Origin: Mobula hypostoma
Lineage: Eukaryota
Assembly (NCBI RefSeq): GCF_963921235.1
Contig: NC_086097.1
Coordinates: 20,090,001-20,154,000 of the forward strand
Length of the DNA stretch: 64,000 nucleotides
Reading direction: 5' to 3'
This document shows, one piece after another, positions 37,494 through 50,042 of this stretch. Below the pieces are notes generated by a model. It searched no databases. It was not told the DNA's origin and saw nothing but the letters and a program-made list of their open reading frames with translations. The number at the start of each line of letters is the position of its first letter. The first letter of the stretch is position 1. Position numbers and translations under genes: made by a program.

Positions 37494-40400
37494 AGAAACA
37501 TACAAACCCCATTTCCAAAAAAGTTGGGATATTTTCCAAAATGCAATAAAAACAAAAATCTGTGATTGTTAATTCGCGTGAACCTTTATTTAACTGAAAA
37601 AAGTACAAAGAAAAGATTTTCAATAGTTTTACTGACCAACTTAATTGTATTTTGTAAATATACACAAATTTCGAATTTGATGGCTGCAACACACTCAACA
37701 AAAGTTGGGACAGAGTTAAAATAAGATTGAAAAGTGCACAGAAAAGTCATACTACTGTGACAATTATAGCCACCTGGGCTCGGGAGTACTTTAGAAAACC
37801 ATTGTCACTCAACACAGTCCGTCGCTGCATCCAGAAATGCAACTTGAAACTGTATTACGCAAGGAGGAAGCCATACATCAACTCTATGCAGAATCGCCGG
37901 CGAGTCCTCTGGGCCTGAGCTCATCTCGGATGGACTAAAAGACTGTGGAACCATGTGCTGTGGTCAGATGAGTCCACATTTCAGCTAGTTTTTGGAAAAA
38001 ACAGGCGTTGAGTTCTCCGTGCCAAAGATGAAAACGACCATCCAGATTGTTATCAGCGAAAGGTGCAAAACCCAGCACCTGTGATGGTATGGGGGTGCAT
38101 CAGTGCCCACGGCATGGGTGAGTTGCATGTATGTGAAGGTACCATTGACTCTGAGGCGTATATTAGGATTTTAGAGAGACATATGTTGCCATCAAGGCGA
38201 CGTCTCTTCCCAGGACGTCCATGCTTATTTCAGCAGGACAATGCCAGACCACATTCTGCACGGGCTACAGCAGCGTGGCTTTGTAGACACAGAATGCGTG
38301 TGCTTGACTGGTCTGCTGCCAGTCCAGATCTATCTCCTATTGAAAATGTACAGTGCATCATGAGGAGGAGACTCAGACAACAGAGATCACGGACTGTTGA
38401 ACAGCTGAAGTCTTATATCAAGCAAAAATGGACAAAATTTCCAATTGCAAATCTACTGCAATTAGTATCCTCAGTTCCAAAACGATTAAAAAGTGTTATT
38501 AAAAGGAAAGGTGATGTAACACAATGCCTCTGTCCCAACTTTTGTTGAATGTGTTGCAGCCATCAAATTCTAAATTTGTGTATGTTTACAAAATACAATT
38601 AAGTTGGTCAGTAAAACTATTGAAAATCTTTTCTTTGTACTTTTGTCAGTTAAATAAAGGTTCACGTGAATTAACATATCACAGATTTTTGTTTTCATTG
38701 CATTTTGAAAACTATCCCAACTTTTCTGGAAATGGGGTTTGTAGAAACATAGAAAACCTACAGCACAATACAGGCCCTTCGGCCCACAGAGTTGTGCCAA
38801 ACATGTCCCTACCTTAGAAATTACTAGGCTTACCCATAGCCCTCTATTTTTCTAAGCTCCATGTACCTATCCAAAAGTCTCTTAAAAGACCCTATCATAT
38901 CCACCTCCACCACCATTGCCAGCAGCCCATTCCATGCACTCACCACTCTCTGAGTAAAAAACTTAATCCTGACATCACCTCTGTACCTACCCCCAGCACC
39001 TTAAACCTGTGTCCTCTTGTGGCAACCATTTCAGCCCTGGGAAAAAGCCTCTGACTATCCACACGATCAATGTCTCTCATCATCTTATACACCTCTGTCA
39101 GGTCACCTCTCATCCTCTGTTGCTCCAAGGAGAAAAGGCCGAGTTCACTCGACCTTTTCTCGTAAGGCATGCTCCCCAATCCAGGCAACATCCTTGTAAA
39201 TCTCCTCTGCACCCTTTCTATGGCTTCCACATCCTTCCTCTAGTGAGGTGACCAGAACTGAGCACAGTACTCCAAGTGGGGTCTGACCAGGGTCCTATAT
39301 AGCTGCAACATGACCTCTTAGCTCCTAAATTCAATTCCATGATTAATGAAGGCCAATACACAGTATGCCTTCTTAACCACAGAGTCAACCTGCGCAGCTG
39401 CTTTGAGCGTCCTATGGACTCGGACCCCAAGATCCTTCTGATCCTCCACAATGCCAAGAGTCTTACCATTAATACTATATTCTGCCATCATATTTGACCT
39501 ACCAAAACGAACCACTTCCCACTTATCTGGGTTGAACTCCATCTGCCACTTCTCAGCCCAGTTTTGCATCCTATCAATGTCCCACTGTAAATTCTGACAG
39601 CCCTCCACACTATCCACAACACCTCCAACCTTTGTGTCATCAGAAACTTACTAACTCATCCCTCCACTTCCTCATCCAGGTCATTTATGAAAATCACGAA
39701 GAATAAGGGTCCCAGAACAGATCCCTGAGGCACTCCACTGGTCACCGACCTCCATGCAGAATATGACCCATCTACAACCACTCTTTGCCTTCTGTGGGCA
39801 AGCCTGTTCTGGATCCACAAAGCAATGTCCCCTTGGATCCCATGCCTCCTTACTTTCTCAATAAGCCTTGCATGGGGTACCTTATCAAATGCCTTGCTGA
39901 AATCCATATACACTACATCTACTGTGTTTAATCTCATCCTCAAAATATTCAATCAGGCTCGTAAGGCACAACCTGCCCTTGACAAAGCCATACTGACTAT
40001 TCCTGATCATATTATACCTCTCTAAATGTTCATAAATCCTGCCTCTCAGGATCTTCTCCATCAACTTACCAACCACTGAGGTAAGACTCACTGGTCTATA
40101 ATTTCCTGACTATCTCTACTCCCTTTCTTGAATAAAGGAACAACATCCGCAACCCTCCAATCCTCCGGAACCTCTCCTGTCCCCATTGATGATTCAAAGA
40201 TCCTCGCCAGAGGCTCCACAATCTCCTCCCTTGCCTCCCACAGTAGCCAGGGGTACATCTCACCCGGTCCCGGCGACTTATCCAACTTGATGCTTTCCAA
40301 AAGCTCCAGCACATCCTCTTTTTTTTAATATCTACATGCTCAAGCTTTTCAGTCTGCTGCAAGTCAGTCACCAAGATCCTTTTCCATAGTGAATACTGAA

Positions 40401-41023
40401 GTAAGGTATTCATTAAGTACCTCTGCTATTTCCTTCGGTTCCATACACACTTTCCCACTGTCACACTTGATAGGTCCTATTCTCTCACATCTTATCCTCT
40501 TGCTCTTCACATACTTGTAGAATGCCTTGGGGTTTTCCTTAATCCTGCCTGCCAGGGCCTTCTCATGGCCCCTTCTGGCTCTCCTAATTTCCTTTTTAAG
40601 CTCCTTCCTGTTAGCCTTATAATCTTCTAGATCTCTAACATTATCTAGCTCTCCGAACCTTTTGTAAGCTTTTCTTGACTAGATTTATTAGAGCCTTTGT
40701 ACACCACGGTTCCTGTACCCTACCATAACTTCCCTGTCTCATTGGAACATACCTGTGCAGAACTCCACACAAATATCCCCTGAACATTTACCACATTTCT
40801 TCTGTACCTTTCCCTGAGAACATCTGTTCCCAATTTAAGCTTCCAATTTCCTGCCTGTTAGCTTCATAATTCCCTTATTCCAATTAAACACTTTTCTAAC
40901 TTGTCTGTTCCTATCTCTCTCCAAGGAGATAGAATTATGATCACTATCTCCAAAATGCTCTCCCGCTGAGAGATCTGACAGCTGACCGGGTTCATTTGAC
41001 ACCTGACCAGGTTCACTTGACAC
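37494..41023 (-). mobile_element. CR1 LINE (38742-41023) whose TAGAAACA tail is interrupted by the Tc1 above
   Basis: Minus-strand ORFs with [21 protein letters not shown] and GDSDHN; candidate TSD CTGACCT at 37487-37493 and 41024-41030. Confidence 0.93.
37503..38741 (+). mobile_element. Tc1 (DD34E) transposon with about 210-bp TIRs and internal 5' deletion
   Basis: TA|CAAACCCCATTTCC...GGAAATGGGGTTTG|TA; VLWSDESTF, VMVWGCIS, QQDNARPH..SPDLSPIEN with 34 residues between D and E. Confidence 0.95.
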
Positions 41024-41194
41024 CTGACCTGCCACTGTTAACCATTTGAATCAACCATTCACATGCCATGGTGATAAGGGCAGGTCAGAGGCTACGTATC
41101 CTGTGGTGAGTGAATCTCCTACTGACAGCGCAAGCCTTTCAGCAATCTCCAAGGCATAAATCACAAGGAGAGCGCTAACTCACAGTGCCAGTGA

Positions 41195-42040
41195 TCCAGG
41201 CTGAATTCAGCTGGATGTCAGACTTCCTGACCAACAGGCAAGATGCACAACCGCTCCTCCCTCCTCATCATCCTCAACATGGGAGCTCCCCGCCCCCCAG
41301 GGCTGTATTCTGAGCCTGTTGCTGTACACTCTGCTCACACAGGATTACATAGCTATAAACCCAAGTAATCACATTTGTCAAGTTCGCCAATGACGCGACA
41401 GTGATGGGGTTCATTACCAACAACAATGAGATGGCCTGCAGAGAGGTGGTAGGAGAGCTCTTGGGTGGTGCCAATAACCTGTTCTTGCATGTGAACAAGA
41501 CAAGAGATGTTTATCAACTTCAGAAGAACTCACAGCAGTCACACCCCCCTCTACACTGGCGACAGAGCAGTGGAAACTGCAAGCAGGTTCAAACTGCTGG
41601 GAGTGCACATCTCGCACAACCTCTCATGGTCCCAGAACACACATCACACACAATCAGGAAAGCTCTCCAGTGCCTCTACTTTCTGAAGCGAGCTGGGCTA
41701 TGTACATCTATACTCCTGTCATTTTACAGATGCACAGTGAAGAGCATCCTGTCAAGCTGTATGCCTGCATGGTACAGAAACTTCACTGCAGCAGACAGGA
41801 AGCCTCTACAGTGGCTGGTCAAAATTGCCCAATGTGTCACAGGCACCAGCCTGCCTGCCGTCAAGGACATTTATACAGAAAAGGGCCAGTAACATCAGGA
41901 AGGATCCCACCCACCCTGCTAATTGTCTGTTTGTCTCACTCCCTGCAAGGAGGAGGCTGTATAGCATCCATGTCAGAACTACCAGACTCAAAAAGCAGTA
42001 AAGCTGGACAACACTTACACCCACTAACCCATCCCTCCAC
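41195..42040 (+). mobile_element. Degraded Rex1/Babar-like LINE RT fragment
   Basis: PQGCILSLLLYTL, FANDATVMG, FYRCTVKSILSSC..WY remnants. Confidence 0.8.
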
Positions 42041-42854
42041 ACCCCAGTATTTCATGATACTGCATAGCGTGGAGGAACAGGAAGACTTTAGAGTGTATGA
42101 ATAGATATCCTTGAAGATAGCAATTGAGGATTTGAATGTGTGCTGTGTTGGTAGACATTACTGGAATGATGTCATTGCCGTGGAAAAAGTGTAGAGGTTG
42201 TTTAGAAAGGTGTTGCCGGGATTATAAAACCTATGACGAAATATTGCATAAACTAGGGTTGTTTCAGAGGCAACTGAGGAGAGAGGTAGATTGAATGTAA
42301 TTGGTTGAAGTATTAAAGGGAAGATAAGGTGAAACGTTTCTGCCCAGAGAATGGTGGTAGCGTTGAACTCACTGCCTGAAAGACAGAAACACTATACACG
42401 TTTAAACAGTACTGGGTTGAAGACCCATAACCTGGAGGTTTCAGGCCAAACTCTCAAAGGTGGGATTAAGCTGGAAAGCTTCTTTTCAATCAGCACAACC
42501 ATGATATGTTAGAGTATTGCAATTGTATGTGCCCTTTGGCCCACCATGTTCATGCCAATCTCTTCACCCATCCACACTAATCCAATTTTTTTGCTATGAG
42601 AGTGTATTCTTCTATGCCTTGCCTGTTTAAAAGTAGATAATTGCCTCTCAATCATACTAATTGTATCTGACTCCACTACCTCTTGTGATGAGTTCCAGAT
42701 ATCATCCACTCTCTGTGCAAAATGTTTCCCTGAAAACCTCTTCCTCTCACCTTCAACTTGTGTCTCTGGTTTTTGATGCCCTGCCATGAGGGAGCATTTT
42801 GCAGGGTATGAAGAAGAGTCATATAAAATCCTAAGATTTTTTTTCTCTATCTAG

Positions 42855-42930
42855 ATCCAGGAACTTTTTGAGGATTCCCCTTTCCTCGTTCCAGATGACT
42901 GTGTTAGTATAATGAACGGTACATATGAAG
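42855..42930 (+). CDS. ENTPD5: ENTPD5 coding exon 4 ([26 protein letters not shown]), start of ACR3
   Basis: CTAG acceptor, G|GTCGGT donor, 76 nt; aligns to human SPFLVPKGSVSIMDGSDEG. Confidence 0.94.
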
Positions 42931-43817
42931 GTCGGTACCAAAATTCATATATTTTGTTTCAATGGAGCTGAAATGTATCTGTAATAGGGATTAATGATGA
43001 AGTATCAACTGAAATTGAAAGAGTTCTTTGTGATTCATGTACAAGTTTAGTGAAGGGTGTAATAACAATGTTGCATAACGATAATCTCTAAATTTCATCG
43101 TTGCTTAAGCTATTTGCGTTGTTTAAATTACTTGTGATACATTAGGTTTTGCTTCTGTAACGGGCATGAAACCACTCCTTTTAAATGACTTGTTGGTTAA
43201 AATTTGTTTTCTGATCTTGCTTAAATTGAGTTCTAATGCATTGTTAGCGGAATTGTATCAAGGGGAGCATTAGTTCCTTATACTTAAGCTTATTTTAAGA
43301 TCTAGCAGTTGGGTGAGCCACAGGAAAACATTCTTCTCCTGTCCTGTTCTACCATCGTGGACCTGATTTGAGATATAAACTTCGTGCCTTGTTTTGCAAA
43401 TTGCAGGCTGAGGTCTTCTGACCTAATTGTTTCTTTGATGTTGTCTTGCCATGGCCGTGTGGGTGGCCTTTTAGCTCTCCATCCTCATTTTTCCTGCATC
43501 CATTTTGTTTTTCATCTGGTTCCCGGAGCAATTCTGTTTAAAAGATTTTTTTAAAAATTAGCTCTGTTTCTCACATGTACATTGAAACATGAAGTAAAAT
43601 ACCTTGTTTGCATCAGCGATTAGCACTGGCTGAAGCAAGTGTTAACATGCTTCTGGCGCCAACATAGCATGCCCACAACTTGCCCTTACTAAACTGTATA
43701 ACTTTGGAATATGGGAGGAAACCAGAGCACCTGGAGGAAACCCACCACAGTTATGGGGAACACACACAAAATGCTGGAGGAACCCAGCAGGCCAGGCAGC
43801 ATCTATGGAAAAGAGTA

Positions 43818-43851
43818 CAGTTGACATTTTGGGCCGAGACCCTTCAGCAGG
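43818..43851 (-). ncRNA. Degenerate hammerhead motif in a Penelope-like fragment nested in a V-SINE (about 43555-43935)
   Basis: CTGCTGA-AGGG TCTCGG CCC-AAAA-TGTC-AACTG; perfect stem II, core substitutions. Confidence 0.5.
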
Positions 43852-44892
43852 AAGGCTGACTCCTTACAGTCGTGGTCAAAGTTGAACCCCAATTGTTGGT
43901 GTTGTAAAGTGTTAAGTTAGTTGCTGTGCTACTGTGCCAGTGCCTTCTGATACAGTGTAAGATTTGTTACTTCCCTATTACCAATTCTCATGTGGCTGTT
44001 CTTGTCACTCACAGTGCTGGACACATCCTTTCATGTAGCAATGTAAACATCAAGCTCTGGAACTGGTTGGTTAATTGATTGTATAATATTTTCCTTGAGA
44101 AGAATTAATTGGTGACACTTCATTCATGGACTTCTTTGCCTTTGTGCATCTGACCTGTCTTTCACCAGTCACTCATTTGTCTTTGGTGGTGGGGAAATTC
44201 CAGCAACTTGAAACAAAAACCCTACCCCGTTCTTTGGCTTCAAGTAAGGATGTGTGAGAAGAAGCAGTGGAAAGAAATAATGAGCAGTGAATGAAAAATA
44301 ATCATTCAAAGACACCTCTAGTTCCACGCCCAGGTCTATTCCCATCTCTCCTAATTCCTCTACTAACAATTTTGGGAGGATCTTTTTCTGAACTCCAGGC
44401 TTGGATAGGTTGAAATTCCCTCCCTTTGGAAGTATCTTAGACCAGATTTATTTCAAATCAGTCCAGTTTAGATTTGTTTAATTACCACATGTACATCAAA
44501 ACATACAATGAAATGCATCACCCGTGTTAATAACCAATACAACCTAGGGATGTGCTGGGAGCGGCCGGCCCGCAAGTGTGGCCACACATTCTAGCACCAA
44601 CATAGCATGCTCACAATGTTCAGCATAACAATACAAGCAACAGCAACAACAAAACACAGAACAGCAGCAACAAATCCACGCAGCAAACCAAACCCCACTC
44701 CTCCCACACACACAATCTTTCAACCCCGGGCCTCTGACTACCAGTGGACTCCCAGACTCGTAACATCAGGCCTCTGACTTCCCTAGCGGACTCACCGAAT
44801 CGGCACTTCGACCCTCCATATAAACTCTATTCCCTGATCACTGATTGCACAACCACCACGAACCGAACCAGATTGTTCACAACTTGGTGTGT

Positions 44893-45020
44893 TACAACAC
44901 CTGTAAAACGTATTTACCACGCCTCCCCCCCCCCCAGAAGTTTTCATGTTTTATTGTTCTGCAACATTGAATCACAGTGGATTTAATTTGGCTTTTTTGA
45001 CACTGATCAACAGAAAAAGT
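44893..45020. mobile_element. Isolated TIR fragment of the Passport-like Tc1 family
   Basis: Matches 54916-55035 (GAAGTTTTCATGTT..GAATCACAGTGGATTTAATTTGGCTTTTTTGACACTGATCAAC). Confidence 0.85.
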
Positions 45021-46259
45021 ACTATTGCCAGTTAGGTGGTTGAAGACATCATACAGAAGGTTAGTAGACAAGGTAAGAGTTGCAGGGAAAGAAATATCTT
45101 CCTAATTAGAAGATATTTTATTAATTTTATGGGAATACGGTGAACATACTGCCTTTACCAATAGTATTGACCTTGCCTCTGATAGCCACATCCTATAAAA
45201 CTAATAAACAACTATTAAAATTTCTTTTAATTCGGGTCTTTTGTGTATATCTTACTTTTTGTATTTGTCTTTCTTTCGTGAGTTCAATCAGCTGGGCTTC
45301 AAATTCTGAAACTACCTCCTTTAACCTCTCCTGCCTTAAAACGTTCTCTTACAATGATTTAGTTATTTCTCTTCATATCAAGGCAAGGCTGTTCTGTGTA
45401 CTATGAAATTAATCATAAGGGATGGGATGGTGTCTCCTGTCTGTGCTTTGAGTTTGGTAAAACTTTTCCATGAGGGTTTTCTCCTTCTTGCCGTGTTAAT
45501 CCACAGGATCTCAAATTCCTGCCACTGTCTTCGAGTTCGAGGACTCTGTACGTGCTTGAGCGGGAAGGTGGTAGGAAGGAGCAGGGCTTAGTTTAGCTGT
45601 TATTGTTTGTTGCTTCTCCGCTTCTGTGTTGCTGGGCCAAAGACTGTGGACTCCGGAATGTGTGACAACATTTGTGGGCTGCTCCCCATCACATCGTTGG
45701 GCTGAGTTCGTTGTTAACACAGGCGATACATTTCACAGTATGTTTCAATGTATGTGTGATAAATTAATCTGAATATGAACATCTTCAGCTTGCTGTTGAT
45801 CTTTGTGCTCCATGATTCTTCTTGGCTGCACATTAGCATGGTGCTGTTGTAATGATAAACTGGTATCATGGAATTTTAAGGGATGGACCATGACCTGGGC
45901 CTTGTTCTCTATTCTCATGTGAATGGAACCTTTGAGACTAAATAATTTGGAATGTTTTAACTGAAATACAAAATGTGTGTAGTTAGGGTGATTATGCATT
46001 TTTCACTTCACGGGTTATTCTTGCGGAGGCTTATTGTGATAAACAGAAAACACATTAACTTTTATAAATCCTAAATGCACAGTGAACCCATGAAGACTAC
46101 CTCACTTTTTAAATATATATTATTTCTGTTTTTGTACAATCTATTCAATATACATATACTGCAATTGATTCATTTATTTTTCTTATTTCTTCTATATTAT
46201 GTATTGCATTGAACTGCCACTGCTAAGTTAACAGATTTCACAACACATGCCGGTGATTA

Positions 46260-46410
46260 TAGAAACATAGAAACATAGAAAATAGGTGCAGGAGTAGGCC
46301 ATTCGGCCCTTCGAGCCTGCACCGCCATTTATTATGATCATGGCTGATCATCCAACTCAGAACCCCGCCCCAGCCTTCCCTCCATACCCCCGACCCCTGT
46401 AGCCACAAGG
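46260..46410 (-). mobile_element. Short young CR1 3' UTR insertion
   Basis: TAGAAACA tail repeats and CpG-intact 3' UTR GGCCATTCGGCCCTTCGAGCC. Confidence 0.8.
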
Positions 46411-47542
46411 TTCTGATCCGAAATCACTGTTAAAATAATGTTCACTCAGACAAAGGAATGCTAGCTATTTGGGTAGTTTCATTATTTTTTTTGAGTTGAG
46501 TGATTGAGCCAAAATCACACCCTTGTCTTGATAACTTCATGTCTCAGGTTTTAATTCAGGTGTACTGGCACAGCCAAATGCTGTCCTTCAGTTTCTCATT
46601 GATTTCATTACTTTGTTTATGAAAATGAACTTGGAATGGATTCCTCTAAATACCGGCTTCAAACTTTGGATTAAATAACTCTGTCAGAGCTGTATGGTAT
46701 CATGTAGCACAGATCCTTTGAAGGAACAGGTTCATTGTTCTAATTCCTCACTCTTGCTGTATAAATCTCTTTTTTTTTCTAACAAAAAGCAAACAATTTT
46801 TTAAGAATTTAACTATTGGAATAATCCCTCTGCCATCAAATTTCTGAATGGACACTATCCTTCATATTTGTATTCTAGATGATTGGAATTGATTTATTAT
46901 CGTCACACATACTGAAATAGTGTTTTGTTTGCTTGCTTCCAGACATGTCAAACCATACATCCGTACATGGAGATAGTACAAAAGGGAAGGAAAAACAGAA
47001 TGCAGAATGAAGTGTTTCAGTTATAAAGTGCAGTGCAGATAGATACAGTACAAGGGCCATGACAAGGTAGATTGAGAGGTCAAGAGTTGATACTTAGCAT
47101 ATAATATTTTGAATGAAATGGGTAACGCCTCTCTTACCAACTTCCCCCACCCCTACCATTCTTGTTAATCATACCTATGGAAATTATGGGTGTACCTATC
47201 CTGGAGGGAAGTCTGACTTAGGGTTCAATAGGACATTATAGAAAAGGAATCCTTCATAAGATCAAGAATAAGCTAAGTGCACTCTACAATTATATTAAAT
47301 ATTTACAGGTACTAAATAGGTTAGTGGCTTGTTCGCGGTTCATAAAGGTAATGCTGTGTGGGGAGGGGTGGCGGAAAAAACTATAGTAATCCATTGTGTC
47401 CTGGACATGAACTGAAACAAAAGACTAAACTGTCGGGGTGGCGAACTGCTTTACGTTTAAGAGTTTGCCTGGTCTTTATAAGCCACTTTAACGTGAATTT
47501 CGATTGTTTGTGCTGATTGTTTCATTTTGTTTATTTTTACAG

Positions 47543-47578
47543 GAATTTTAGCTTGGATCACAATAAACTTCTTGACTG
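47543..47578 (+). CDS. ENTPD5: ENTPD5 36-nt coding exon 5 (G-ILAWITINFLT-G), ACR3
   Basis: TTTTTACAG acceptor, G|GTATGC donor; aligns to human GILAWVTVNFLTG. Confidence 0.93.
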
Positions 47579-48127
47579 GTATGCTTGCAATTTTGTTTTT
47601 AAATATATCTTCACTTTCCTGTTGCAATCATTGTTTCAACCACAGGGAATAATTCTGGGTTGGAATTTCTTTCTGGAAATGTTTCAGCTTCTTTATTCTG
47701 TAATGTTTAGAATCACTGTTCATGGTTGGTTGTTGCCATAAATCTATGAAATGTTAATCTTTCATGATTTAGTAATAGTAAAAAATGTAAATGCCTGTAA
47801 TGATATCCGGAAGTCTTTATCAGTCTCCAAGCTTTGAGGACCACACAGTCCTTGTTAAATAATTGATTTTCTACATCAATATTCTGTACATCAGCATAAA
47901 GTACAGCAGGACATGTTCTCTTCTCATTGCTACCATCAAAGAGGAGGTGTAAGCACCGGCAGATACACACTCGACATTTTAGGAACAGCGTCTTTCCCTC
48001 TGCCATCAGATTTCTGAATGGACAATGAACCTATGTATACTACCTCGCAATTTTTTTTGCACCTCTTATTAAAAAATATATGTATATACATACAGCATCT
48101 ATATATGTATGTCTATATATGTATAGT

Positions 48128-48436
48128 GTAGGCACGTGGCCAAGTGGTTAAGGCATTCGACTAGCAATCTGAAGGTTGTGAGTTCGAGCCCCAGCCGAGG
48201 CAGCGTGTTCTGTCCTTGAGCAAGGCACTTAATCACACAGTGCTCTGCAATGACACTGGTGCCAAGCTTTATCGACCTTGCCCTTCCCTTGGACAACATC
48301 GGTGTCATGGAGAGGGGAGACTTGCAGCATGGGCCACTGCTGGTCTTCCATACAACCTTGCCCAGGCCTGCACCCTGGAGAGTGAAGACTTTCCAGGCGC
48401 AAGTCCATGGTCTCCCAAGACTAACGGATGCCTTTA
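48128..48436 (+). mobile_element. tRNA-derived SINE with CORE-like middle and RTE-like 3' end, in a TA-rich microsatellite
   Basis: A-box TGGCCAAGTGG, B-box GTTCGAGCC, GTCCTTGAGCAAGGCACTTAA, 3' CCATGGTCTCCCAAGACTAACGGATGCC. Confidence 0.8.
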
Positions 48437-50042
48437 TTTATATATGTATATATGTGTGTGCAAAAATATATATGTATTTCTTATTGCAATCATAGCTTTT
48501 CTTTTAGCAATATGTATTGCAATGTAGTGCTGCCACAAAACAGTTTTCACTACATATGTCAATGATATTACATCTGATTCTTATTCTGAATCTTCAGAAG
48601 ATATGAATTCATTTTGTCCTTTCCCCATTTGTCATACATATTCTAGCACATGACCCAGTGCATTAGAACTCCATAATCATGGCAAAATAGTGAATCACAG
48701 AGAGAACAACAGCTTCTTCCCCCACTGCTATCAGATTATTGAACTGACTTGAAAATCTCTGACATTACCTTTGTCTGTATTGGACTATATTTCTTTTCCT
48801 CCCTCTCAACTTGCAAGACGTCATTGTTTATTTTGATGTTTATTTTTGTGCCCGTTCAAGTTATGTATAATTTATGTATATTTTACATTAATTTGTTTGT
48901 CATGTTTACAGATATGAAGTAATCACTGGATTTAGCCTGAGGGTGATAGATCTGTGGTATTCATTGCCACAAACAGCTGTGGATGCCTAGTCATTAGGCA
49001 TATTTAAAGTGGAGGTTGATTGATACTACATTAGTGAGGCATCAAAGGTTAGAGGGAGAAGGCAGAAATGGGTTGAGAAAGAGAATGAAGCAGGCATGGT
49101 TGAATGGCAGAGCAGACTTTATGGACTGAATGATGTCACACAGCTCTTTGGCTCATAGGGAAGAATGAGGAGGTGATAGATAGGTCCTACAGGGAGGTAG
49201 TCATTCCTAAATTGCAGGAGGCAGGTAGCTGGGTGACTGTCAGGAGAAGGAAAGGAAATAGAAAGCCAGTGCAGATACCCCTGTGGCCATTCCTGAGCAA
49301 CAAGTGTAGTAGTTGTAGCAACCAGGTTTCTGGCACTGAGTCAGGTTCTATAGCTCAGAAGGGAAGGTGGGAGAAGAGGAGTGCAGTAGTGATAGGGGAT
49401 TCCATGTCAGAGGAGCAGGCAGGAGATTCTGTACATGTGAAATAGACACCTGGATGGTATTTTGCCTCCCAGGTGCCAAGGTCAGGGATGCCTCAAATCA
49501 GGTCCATAGGATTCTAAAGCAGCTGGATGTTGTGATACATACACGACATAAGTAGGATGAGATCCTGGAAAAAGAATATATGGAGTTGGGTAGAAAGCTG
49601 AAAAGCAGGACCTCTACTGTGGTAATCTCTGCATTGCTACCTGCACCATTCACCAGTGAGGGTAAGATTACCATGACTTGGCAGATCAGTGTGTGGCTGA
49701 GGAAATAGTGCAGCAGGCAGGGTTTCACATTTCTGGGTGATTGGGATGTCTGCTGCGGAAAGTATGGTATGAACAGTACAAAAAAAGACAGGTTACATCT
49801 GAACTCAAAGGAGACCAATATCCTTGTGGGCGGGTTTGCTAGTGCAGTTGGAGAGGGTTTAAACAGATTTGGTGAGGGCACGGGGACCAGAGTCATAGGG
49901 TTGAGGATGGGGCAGATAGAATCCAAGTAGGTGCAGTGTGTAGTTTAGAAAGGATAAGAACTCAACTTCCAACATGGGGACAAAATTGAAAAGGGTAATG
50001 ACTACAGGACTGAAGATGGTAGATTTGAATGTACGTACTATA

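Noticed and set aside
40976..41030. CRISPR-like or regulatory repeat array
   Set aside because: No spacers, eukaryotic context; it is a LINE junction stutter.
42993..43075. C/D box snoRNA (ATGATGA near 42994)
   Set aside because: No suitably placed terminal D box or closing stem was found.
48128..48205. tRNA gene
   Set aside because: A and B boxes are present but it continues into a SINE body and tail; I could not fold a full cloverleaf.
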